Below are positions 52,401 to 64,000 of a stretch of 64,000 nt of DNA, piece by piece. The position numbers and the translations under genes are program-made. The notes beneath the pieces are model-generated. The model was not told the DNA's origin, ran no database searches, and was given only the letters and a program-made list of their open reading frames with translations. Source of the DNA: Kudoa neothunni (lineage: Eukaryota; Animalia; Cnidaria); assembly GCA_964304625.1 (NCBI GenBank), contig OZ199839.1, positions 10,465,186-10,529,185 on the forward strand, read 5' to 3'. Position 1 is the first letter of the stretch. Each line of letters begins with the position of its first letter.

Positions 52401-55400
52401 TCAAAATATTGTATCTTGATTTTAATAAAAATTTTAATGATTTAGGGTTAAAGTATATTTTTTATTTTTATATGGTTAAATGTTGGAATTGTTTTAATTG
52501 ATTATTTAGATTTGAATTACGTAAACTCAGTTTAAAAATTGAACCTCAATTGATTTAAAATATTACGTTTAAAATAGATTACGAAGGTCCAAAATCACAA
52601 TACAAAATTTAATTTTATGAAAACAAAATATATAAAACGGATGGATGAAATTAATATTAATATTATTATTTAAATAAATCCAAATGGATTTTTTGATAAA
52701 AAAACATAAATATACTCTTATCGTTTAATTGTTATCGTATTTGGTTCATTATTTTTTTGTTATGGACTTTAAATGAAAAACTATGTTTGGACAGTATACA
52801 TGTTAGCTAATAGAAGTTTATCAGAAGATACACAGTCGTTCCACTGTATTGCGTAATACAGTAGTGCATGGGTCGTAAACAATATTGCTTCAACGCAATT
52901 TTCAAAAATTTACTTGTTTACTACTTATTTTTGTTTAATTCGAACTTAAATAGATTGTTATATACAAAATGGACTATTTGTCAATAAATAATTTGTTTCA
53001 CCAACATTTTAGTGTATAAAACTTACTGTATGCATCTAACGGAAAAATGGCTCGGGTGCAGCGATTAATTTGAACTTTGCAAAAAATAATGGATGGATCG
53101 TCAATTTTTGCGAAACAAAACCACTTTACACTAACAAAAAACTCGAAATTATAAGGTTTTACGAGTTCATATCATATAATAAAGATGCCAATTTCCATAC
53201 GACGGAAATATTTGTCAATATAATGGCACGATAATAATAAGGTCTGAATGACTAGTTCCATTTTAGTGTCTATTATTGAAAAATAGAATAGGAGACTCAC
53301 TATTTATAAGGGAAAATTCTTTATTATTTCTCGACTATTTATTAATCCCCTACAAAAATATTTGCTTATGTAACATTGCTACTTTCCTTCTAACACAACC
53401 AATGTGCTATAGCCACTAGATCATGGAATTGTCAAAGTTTTAAATGATGCATAAAACAAATCTAATAACTTTATTCATTCAGCGATCAAATTATGGGAAT
53501 ACATTAAAACGGAAACCATAGTTAGCTGCTTTATGAAATCCACTAGATGATGATTCCGACGATGTTCAATTTAATCCTCCCGGGATGGAGGGGGTGCATT
53601 TTGCACCCCAATTTTTGTATTTTTAAAAATTTCACCATTATAGAATTATATCTTGACCTTATACTCAGCAAAATCTATCAATATAATTCACTGTTTTATT
53701 CGAAAAATTCGGAATATTCAGTTTTGAAAGGGATTGACTTAATATAACTCTTTGAAAAAGAAGACTAACGTCAACCTGAAATATCATTAAAAAGATACGC
53801 AATGATTATTATACGATAAACAATTATTTTTCACATTAATAATACTCAATAAGATCGAAATAAAATCTGTAGGAATCTAAAGAAATCATACTTTTAATTT
53901 GAGCCGACAGAATCGGATGGGCGATGAGATTACTTTTGGATAAATTTAAGATATACGCGATTAGTAATTTTGTTATTTGGGGTTTGCATGTACGTAAATT
54001 TTTCTATCGTCAACAGGTTTCCATGATAGTGCAATTGAGTGATCATATAAAAACGACTCAAATTATTAATGATTATAATCAAATCAAAAAAGGTTTGGCA
54101 GTGGTGATCGAGTGGCACAACGATACGGTTTTGTTTGTATAACGAGAAGATGACACTTCAGGTGGTTTATGGACCTTACCGATGTACCAACACTTAGCGC
54201 TTGTATAATATATGTATCATCATTTCCAGAGTGATGAACAAGTGATCGAAATCGGTGATAATATTTTCTTCGAGAACTTGCGGTGAAATTCATCAAATCA
54301 AATATTTTGAATCGTCGAAGTTTATGAAATATTCATTATTCTCATATTAAAATTAGATTTATATTATTTAACAAATACATCAGGGACGACCCAACATCTA
54401 TTTCTAAAGAAATAATTTTAATCCTAGTACAGTGAAGATACACTAACTGTTCAAGGAATATTGCCAAAAGGACCAAAATTTTACACTAAATATTAAAAAA
54501 ACTGTATGTCGTTCCCATTAAATTAAAACAAGAATTTAGAACATCCCAATTGCAATTTGAAATCAAACTTTTGTTCATTAAATAATTTAACCTTGATATA
54601 TCTAATTAAATTACGGACTACTTTTGAGGTAAGCATTCTTCGAATGTAAGATATTCATTTATATGGAGAATATGACGAAATCTACTGAGCAAAAAAAATT
54701 ATACTTTATTCAAAATTATTATAATTAATATATACAAGTTTTTTAATTGACATATTTATTCGTGTACTTTTTATTTTGTGTTAAAAACTCAATTAAACTA
54801 ATACAGAAACAGTCAACAATAAAGTGATATGTTGTGAGGGGTAATAATGCAAAAAACTCAAAATTTCTTTATTTCTATAGTTCAGTTAAGTGTATGTATA
54901 CACACATAATTGATTTCATTTTGTCTTCATTATGTCTAAATAGTGAATATTTTTTCTTATCCAATTATTAAATTGAAAATTATATTTAAAAGGTAATTTT
55001 CCGATTAAAAAAGAAATTCTTCCCAAACTAATCTCAATATTCATCTAAGGGATTAACAAGAATAATCGATAATCCACAACCACTGAGTTTGCTGGCAGTA
55101 CGATAGGGTTGCGAAAAAAACATTGAAGCTGAATGTTGACTCCTCTAAGAGTTCATTTGGAGTTTTATTTTGTTGCGAAATATACTCCTGTCGAATATAT
55201 AGCTGATTCGTCGTTTCTTCGTGAATTATGATTATCAGCTAAATGCGTGTTTCTTACTATATAACTAAATTATTTTTAATTTTGTGTTGTTTTTTACGGT
55301 TAAAATAATTGCCAAGCATATGAATTGACGTGTTCCAACACATAAGTGCAATAACATGGAAATTTTCTGAGGTGCATAATGCACCCGTGTTAGTTTATAC

Positions 55401-58400
55401 AGCTCCATCTTCCAAGGGTTAAGAAGGTTAAGATATAATTATTCATTAAGAATGTTTTCTGCATGTTGGTATTTAAAATCATCCAAAACTTATGAAGAAA
55501 GAAATAATAACTTCGACCGTCATAAAATTGGATGTGTGAATTGCATTTTTTAAAATTTATTGTTGACAGAAATCATTATTATTATCATCACATTTCCTAA
55601 ATAAGTTGTTTCGACGAATTAAAGTCAAGGATCGACTAGATCATGCCACTAGCTATTGACACGGAAGTTTTTAATCCGAAATGGCAACAACGCTTGCGCA
55701 CTGTCCATTTTTAATCCCAGTAACTTCTATTTATAGTCGATTTATAAAGTCCTTTTTTTAGAATCTGCTGTATTTAATGATACCTACCTGGATATTATGA
55801 TCCATGTCAATAGCCATTTTCCCTATAATTAATCGCACTTAATCCATACATCATTGTTATAAAAAAATTTGTTGTTATTAATATACTTTTGAAAATAAAT
55901 GTATACTTTATGACAAATAAGAGAGACTACATTGCAACAGCCCACATTAAAACTTTTATTTGTTCACTTGCGCCATGACGGCTCGAGTGTATTTAACGGG
56001 TCGTGGGCACCTTGAACCCAATTCCCATTTTAATGTCCACGACCCGTCACCTACTGTATATCATGTTTCATACGTGTGTCTTTTGCTTTTTCTTTCCCAG
56101 CCAAACCTTGATAAACACAAATCTGTTAATCCTTGAATTCATAAAATTAGATTTAAAAGAAAAATTTATCGAAAATTACTTAGGAAGGAACATCTTTCTA
56201 GATGCACAAGACGATTAAGTTTACCTTTAATTCTCAACTTTTAAAGTTTTAATAAATCTAACAAGGTGGTTGTACCATTATTAAACAGTTAGATCACGGA
56301 CAACATGAAAAATTATAGAATTTTGATTTAATTCTTAAAAGAACAATCCACCTATTTGAAACGAGAATTCTCAATATGATACAAATCAAAATGAAAATGA
56401 CCACATCACGTATGTATTAAACATGGAGAAACTGAAGAATGTTATCTCAGAAATACGCTGAACATTTTAACTTAAGACCCAAATGGAGTGAATGATTTCT
56501 ACCCAGTGATGAATAGGATATTTAATATTGTAAAATATACATAGAAATGTATTTTTGTACCAATTTTTTTTCGGAAAATAAATGTTAATTAGTTCGTTTT
56601 AAAGAAAATAATTGAGTTTAATATTTCATGCGTTCGCTATTTGATGGATATTATTCACAGAATATGCATTGCGTACCTTTTTGTAATTATTCCAAAGAGT
56701 GCGCAATAACCGTTGTTGATTGTATGTGGAGTAAACGGATCCGTTGCAATAGCCGACGTCTTTTTATTTTTAATTTTTTGTAGATCAAAAATAAGACATG
56801 TTTAATTAAATTTTAGACCCGCACAATATTACTTTCCATCATTACGTTGATTCTGACTTTCTACATATTTGGTCAAATATAAAAGATGAATGGGGACTGT
56901 TGTGTGATTATTATATGATCAGGATGAGTAATGTCACCGAAGATTTTAATAATGCAGCTACATACAACTCTTACGATGCAGCAAACAAAATTAATCTCAA
57001 ATCATGCTCAAGACACTCTATACCAATAAAAGATTACTTTCCACACACACTATTCATTTGGATTCCTGAATTGAACCATCTTGATCAAATTAGGAATTGT
57101 AATTATCATTTAAGGACCTCTTTATTATAAAAATAAACTAAAAATTAACTAGTGTATGAAGAAACCAAAATTATTGCCAAAATCGGAATGAATAATTTTA
57201 GCTTAAAATCAGAAGATGGATTTCTGACTAATAAGATGTGTACATTTAAAATTATTGGTCAAGAGTCACCTGAATTTGGAAAATGCGACGAAAAACAAAT
57301 TTCTGTTCCAGAGAATAGTGACAGCTTGACAGTTAGTATTGATATTATAGGTTCGGAAATAAATATGGTAAAGAATGTAATACTTGGTAACTATGCTATT
57401 GAATTTTCCTAACATAAAATTATCTTTTTAGAACGATCTGATCAGAAAATTAATGTTGATATTGACCATGATATGATTCGATTAACTATTCCAGAAACAA
57501 TAAATAAAAATGATATATCAAAAATTGAAATCAAAAGTTTTAGAAATCAAAAAATTGGTGATAACATTTTTGTCTATGACAAAAGTGAGAATAATAAAAT
57601 AACGTTAGCATCGGATTCGAATATTCTCTCTATACCATATGTATTTGATCCTCAGATTTTTGTAAAAATTATAAAATCTGATAACACCGTGGTTTCCAAA
57701 GTGATAAATATTGGTATTTTTCATTTCATTGATATAATATTCTATTACACTGATAAATAGGTTTCCCTAAACAGTCTTACAGGTTTTCATATGAATCAAA
57801 TACTGTCACTATCATACCAGAAAGAATATATATAGAAGGAGAAATTTGTAGATTTACTGTTAAAACTAAAAATATTGATACGGCGTCAAATTCAAAAATA
57901 TATTATGATGATTGTTCCAGCAGTATTCAGCTTCACGACCTGGACAAAAATAATGATTTAATTGTGACACATGAAGGCCAAACTTTATACAATGGGTCTT
58001 TCAATGTTGGTAGAAATCTAATAGAAGGAATACATTACGAATCAGGAAAGATTAAAGTTATACATGATCTGAGTGTAATTAAAGAAAATAATTGTCGATA
58101 TTCTCTTTGGTCCAAAAATTCTGAGAACGAAAATTTTATCCTTTCAGACAGTTGTGGTGAGAACGGTTTGGATTGTACACTATCTATAAGGAATAACGGA
58201 CCGTCATTTGATATTCAAAGAAACAAATACTACAAATATGATTTGACATGTGGTAAACATATGGATAGTGTTGAATACGGCCCCAGTAATATATTATATT
58301 AAGAATTAAAATATTCGTAAACATTTTTTAGTCCCAATAGCTTCTGTTTGGAGATATACGTGGTCTGGAAACACTTTAACCTTTCACAGCTCATTTGAAG

Positions 58401-60817
58401 AACACGTCCCATCAGATATCAAGTGTACCTATCAATTGTTTACGCTCAATTACGACGACGACGACGACGACAGAAAAGAAATCGCGAAAAGTACAGGCAC
58501 TATGACATGTGATAATATTTCATATGACACAAATCAAATAAAGAATGTAAACGAAGTTAAAGAAATAATATTGGAGGTAAAAATTGATGGAAATCAAAAC
58601 ACTGACTCCTTCATAATAAGTATATACATTTATGACTTATTGAGGAATTTTAGAATTTAGTCGAACTTAATTTTTATTAAATGATAAATTTTACATAGGA
58701 CGTGGTGATACCAACAATTTTCAATTTGTAGAAGGCGACTATGCTAGAGATAGAATAAAAAATCTATTTAAAAGTTCTTATGACAAGGATGTAATAATGG
58801 ACGCCTGGTATTCAAGCAAGATTAATGAGGGAATCGTTGAGTGGCAATTTAACGCAGTGGATTATGACGCTCAGGATGATTGCAATAAGCAAAAAATATT
58901 GTATCAAGAAAATTATTTGGTCCATATTTCGTTCACAGGTTCTATTATGTATCCACATTACATGAAATTCTATTATCCTGAAAAAGATAACGTAATTAAA
59001 AACACATACAATTAAAAAATAACTATAATACAATTTAGGAAAATGTTTCACACAAACAAATTAAAGATGGCATAAACTCGAAAATCAGGCTTTGTTTTAA
59101 AAAAGACGAATTCAACAATGATGAAATCAAAATTTCAACTTATCAGAATTATACGTTTATTCCCGTGAACCTAGCTCTAGAAGATTCTATTCGTGATACT
59201 GAGGCATGTGAGGATTCGTCCATGCAAGCAGTAAAACACATCATAAAGCCAGACGAAGTGGTGAAAATTTGTATTGTTCGTGGTGATAATGCTTCATATT
59301 GCAAAATATTGAAATCAGGTATATAATAAATTTTGAAATTTAATATCTATTCGTTGGATTTGATATATTTTCAGTGAAAATTTTTATCATAAAGATTCAA
59401 TTATAATGCTTTACATTCGAAAATAAACAACCGTGTAATATTGAATGAATAATTTTTTTCTCTCAAATTTAAAACTCTTAAAATTACATAATTCAATATT
59501 ATTAAAAATGTTAATTCGTATATAAATTTAATAATTTATAATAATAAAATTTATTTAATTATATTTAGATCTTCAATTCAACAAAATGAAATTATTATCT
59601 TATACAATCGATGAAGTTTCCATAGAAGTATCAATGGACCAATCTGTTCCGCTTCATTGCAATTACACGTTCCAACTAAAAAATAAAATATACGAGAAAG
59701 TCTCATGTCGTTGTGATAATGAATCAAAGATTATTATTACTTGTTCCACTTATAATGTGGCTATATCTAATTCACAAGATGGCAATTATTACTATGCTGA
59801 AATCTATAACAAAGAAGAAATATTAGGTCCAGCAAGGCTTCCATTTAGTAAAAAACTAGGTTAGTCAATATTATGTCAGTATAAAAATTTTATAATAAAT
59901 ATTAGCCATAAAGAAAAATATTGATTACCTTACAGTTGGTAATAATGATAAAGCGTTAATTTTAAAAAATGAAGATAATTATTGCTACTTTACCAGAAAT
60001 TTAGAAGGTGGAACTATAAATTTTACGAAAAATATATGTTTTGAAACTAGTGGAACAAAATGTTCCAACGATTCTGGTTGTAATCCAGTTTCAGTAAATA
60101 ATTCCGAAATTGGCAATATAGTTTCTATCGGTAACAATCTATCCAATATTGCAATATTTGGTGAAAGTAATTATATTATATGAAAATTTATTCAATAATT
60201 TTTATTTGTAGCGGTTTTCACCGAAAATACAGTCGAACCTAATCTATTATACGCAAGAACCATCTATTTAGATCATGTGTTATATTTGACAGGCATTCAA
60301 ATAAGTACCACTCCAAACCAATTGACTAAGACGGTTGTAATAACAGCTCCAAACAATAAAAACCAACCTACTGAATCAAGTGCTGAAATCAACCTAAAAT
60401 GTGTTGACTACTTTTGCGTTGGGGTAGTTAGTGACATCGATAGGTATCAACAAAATGAAGTAAAAGTTTCCTTAGAAAATAGACAAATTTCGACCAAACC
60501 CGAAATATGTAATATCCGTTTGTTGTTTGTTCTATACATGAATGAAATAGGTGAGTTTAAATACGATGTTCGAGTATTCTTGGATGATAATTCTATATCA
60601 TATACTTTTATTATTGACGTCGATGTAAAAAAAATCAAAGTAAAAATATCTTATATCAAAGAAGATTTCACTGTATGTTCTGCTGGCCAATTTAAAGAAT
60701 TAATTTGCACAATGGGAATTTGCAAATTGGATGAGCAAATTCCTACAGTATGTAATTCATTTAACTATGCCGATATACACGTGAATAATTTTGAAACTCC
60801 GCGTCGAGTTTCTAAAG
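49423..60817 (+). CDS. Giant adhesion-type GPCR, copy C (5' part, exons 1-16; probably continues beyond the window)
   Basis: Exons 49423-49480, 49560-49844, 49898-50173, 51766-52020, 52068-52346, 56817-57098, 57153-57386, 57432-57713, 57761-58285, 58332-58619, 58699-58991, 59039-59318, 59569-59859, 59906-60166, 60212-60508, 60551-60817. Intron 16 (homologous to copy B intron 16) runs to the window end. The 7TM is inferred only from paralogy. Confidence 0.85.
52833..53570 (+). mobile_element. pogo/Tigger-like remnant in copy C intron 5
   Basis: YFPSNTTNVL*PLDHGIVKVL near 53380-53445; cagtcg...ttgcgtaa left end similar to the element at 21825. Confidence 0.65.
53575..55418 (+). mobile_element. 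Internally deleted piggyBac element in copy C intron 5
   Basis: TTAA on both sides; terminal and subterminal inverted repeats (cct...gatggag; gggtgcattttgcacc / ggtgcataatgcaccc); fragments TQIINDYNQIKKGLAVV and FRWFMDL...ACIIY. Confidence 0.78.
58454..58471 (+). repeat. Coding (GAC)6 microsatellite in copy C exon 10
   Basis: Encodes D6; the aligned position is (AAC)4 in copy A (5733-5744) and AAT(AAC)3 in copy B. Confidence 0.85.
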
Positions 60818-61555
60818 GTAAATTATTTATCTATCTAAGGAATTTAATATTATTGGTAAATAAGAGAATTTCTGCCTTATTTTAAATTTCCTTATTTAAT
60901 ATCCTAAAAAGAAAAATGACACTATTTTTTTTTCTCAAAAATTGAATAGCAAATTTCCTTTCCTAATATTATAAATTAAATCTACCCCTAATGTTACTAC
61001 TAAATGAATAAAAATTTGAATATAAAAAACCATATAAAATTCTTGGTTTGAATCTACGCATTGATTAATTATATGAACCAATTTCCGTCTTATAAAAAAG
61101 GAACATTTGATGTATTCCAATGAATTGTTCATATTATTAAAATATTTCTTCTTTCCGTCTAATTTAAGATACAGTTGCATTAAGTGAATTTCAGCATAAT
61201 TAGAACACGGATTTATCGATTTTCAGACGCCCTAATATTCTAGGATGAGTGCTCAAAATATTATGAGCAACAAATATGGCACATTTACTTAATAAGACTA
61301 TCAATTACAACAGGTTGGACAATACGTTTGTATTATTTTCCGGCCAGACGATGTATGGGATTATCCTTAAAGCTTGCAGGGCACATTAGAAATAATTTTA
61401 TTATTAAATAGCTCTCTTTGAGTCAAAAATAATTAGACGGGTGAATTATACCTATGAAAGTTTTTAAGGATGGCAGAGTATCAATATCCGAATTGTTTGC
61501 AATTATTGAGAATCATAGGATTCGATTAAAGTAAAAAAATGTTATTGATTCAGAT

Positions 61556-62580
61556 CAGGAGCCTTCAAAGTGATTGATATCGACCCTTTGTGGGTCAATG
61601 AAAACTTCTAGGGGATCGATAATTACGCTAGGGATCGAATGGGGGTGGATATGTGTTATAGAGATTCCGCCGAATTTTATGGGCTTTTAAGGTAATGCTT
61701 CCCATCTTCCTACTATATTATTTAATTATATTAATTAATACTATCCCGTGACATTTTTTTTTTATTTTTGAGTTAAAATCAAACGTCATATTTCCTAGTT
61801 ATGTAATTCAATGTTTTTCATTTATGTAGAGATACTTTGCAACTCATAAAAACTAGTGAATACATTGGCTTTATTTTTCTTAAATATTAATGTTCATCGA
61901 TACTCGTTGTTATTAGCAATTTATATAACAATAATGATTGTTTATATTAAGTTTATAATCGACTAATATAGATTTTAATCGTAATTACAAAAGCTAAGAA
62001 AATAAACATAATAATAAATCTGAAAATGTCGATTTAACCCCTGCGAACACTTCAAAAACTCTTTAAGCTCCCTCAAGCTAAGGAATATAATCTTAGGGTA
62101 AAGATTAAGACATTCTTATTAACTTTCAGAGATAGCCAGGAATAAATATTAACTTTTCTACATATATGTAATTTAATCATAAAATCTGCTGATGTATTCA
62201 TACATGTGCAAAAGTATGTAACTATAATCATATACAAGCAACCTAATGTGGTAGGCCAATTGAATATGATTTATGATGAAAAATGGATTAATTATGGTAA
62301 ATTTTCTAATATAGTTGTTTTTTTGCAATGATTGGATTATAAATATCAGCGTAAATCTACAAATTTCAAGAATTTTTCTGATATATTTTGATGTTATATC
62401 GTTAATAAAAGCTATTTTGGGGGTTAATATAATTTTGCATTGTATTATGTATTCGAAATAGAATATTAATGGGATATACTGCACATATTTTTAATTGTTC
62501 TAGTCAAAAAATGAATATAAACTAATATTTTAATAAAATCTTTGAAAGGGGTCGGTGAAAAAAAAGTTTGAAGACTTCTG
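61556..62580. mobile_element. Non-autonomous hAT-type element in copy C intron 16 (same insertion as 32521-33497)
   Basis: Perfect 8-bp TSD attcagat at 61548-61555 and 62581-62588; CAG...CTG termini. Confidence 0.82.
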
Positions 62581-64000
62581 ATTCAGATGGATTATTTGAC
62601 CTTAAAAAATTTCATTACAAAATATCACGGAATGGGAGAGTTATAATATAAATCTCAATGCGTACTTTAATAAATCTTTTTAATCACTGAAATATCATAT
62701 TCCTTCATTTTTTGTCCACACGAGAAAGAGCTCATCGACAATAGATGAATTTCGTATTAAGGAAGTCATTCATCTGACAACACACGACGTAATAAATTAA
62801 TTATGGCTTCAATCTTATTTTCTACAAAGTCTAATATCAGAATATTTACAGTTTTAACTTTTAATGCGAGGATAGTAATATAAAGTCAAACATCAAGAGA
62901 ATAATGTGCATATATAATGAACCTAGCTTCATGGTTATAGACGAAATTATGTTTATTGTAAATTTTTTGAATTTGGATGAGTTAGAATATAATGCTCCTG
63001 TAAAAGGCAGATAGTGATTAATTGGAATCGAATTAATATAGTGGGCAAACATTCTTATTTACGCTCTATAATGATTTTTCCATTAAATCAAAAAATTTTG
63101 CTTTTAATTAGCAGAATAATTAAGTTTTATATATAATTGATAGACACCCCTATGTCTCCTCTGTATGTCTTAATGAATTACCGAAACGCCTCGATAATTA
63201 GCCTTTAAAATTGGATTCACTTTACAAAAAAAACAAAATAAAGAATAGTTGGATGTTATTACTATTTCTCTAGAACTTTTTAATATAATAGCTTCACCTT
63301 TACATGTCATCTTGTATTTGTATCTTAACTGTTATTAATCTGTACTCTTTATTTTTAACATCTAAATTATTTACGAAAATGTCTGAGAAAAAAAATTGTT
63401 ACAGTCGATGAAATGACGGCTTAAATTGAAAAAAAACGGTAATTAAGAGAAAAAATGTTTGGTTTCGTGTGTTCCTATTGAAACTGCAATTTCTCATTGC
63501 GATAATTCGATTGGTGTACTTTCTTATGAATGAAATAAAGAATACTCTGCTAAGATGTTTAAACTTTTAGTCTGCAAGTTATTTACAGCAGGGGCGATAT
63601 CGTACTATAACAAATTAAAAATTTATTATTTCTCAGTGTTCTATTTTTTATTAAAAATCTTTTAATCTATGAGCATAGAATTATGTATTATTTAAATTAA
63701 TCAATTTACGAAGCCACCTCGTCTTACTGTTTCAAATTAATTATTATAGTAGTGGTTATTGGCTCGGTAAGTAATATTAGGATGTCATTAGTTTTGCCTA
63801 TATTTAATTATTTTTTGTCATAAGAACGAAGCTACGGGCCCAGAATAATTAAATATCGCAGATACTCAAAAATTAAATCTGTATACAGGTTGTGATTGAG
63901 AGTTGTTGAGATTATAAATCTCCACCTCACAAGCGTATACGTCGTTTAGGATTAAAATATAACGTTCCAATAGCATCTACTATACTTAATATTTAAATTA

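Noticed and set aside
56739-56754. 16-bp motif atccgttgcaatagcc shared with the upstream regions of A (62-77) and B
   Set aside because: Too short to interpret; most likely the end of a dispersed repeat.
891-63052. Minus-strand ORFs recurring in each copy (e.g. 891-1118, 12216-12422, 14865-15098, 33777-33968, 62861-63052)
   Set aside because: Antisense shadows of exons or of duplicated intron DNA; recurrence reflects the duplication, not coding constraint.
1-64000. CRISPR arrays, rRNA/tRNA genes, prokaryotic operons
   Set aside because: None seen; the repeats are gene-scale paralogy in intron-containing eukaryotic DNA.

Overview
Very AT-rich eukaryotic genomic DNA (standard code, GT-AG introns mostly 41-55 nt). 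The window is a head-to-tail tandem array of three paralogous giant adhesion-GPCR-type genes on the + strand: copy A 486-15270 (33 exons, 2757 aa by manual splicing), copy B 18369-40571 (33 exons, ~2753 aa) and copy C from 49423 (16 exons, truncated by the window end). Each encodes a signal peptide, ~24 extracellular ~80-100 aa beta-rich modules (mostly Cys-containing, almost all one per phase-1/phase-1 exon), a compact GAIN/GPS region (CSCNHT|TSYAVVF) and a class B2-like 7TM. The ectodomains are strongly diversified and mosaic between paralogs (exon 4 ~54% aa identity A vs B). The last module, GAIN, 7TM, their introns and the 3' flank are almost identical between A and B (one aa change in ~620). 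This looks like a variable-ectodomain / constant-signalling receptor array shaped by gene conversion. Three specific introns and the intergenic spacers hold decayed transposons (pogo/Tigger, piggyBac, hAT-type, MULE, Tc1/IS630-like, Merlin, Gypsy, Helitron). All gene models and comparisons were made by eye; no database search was run.
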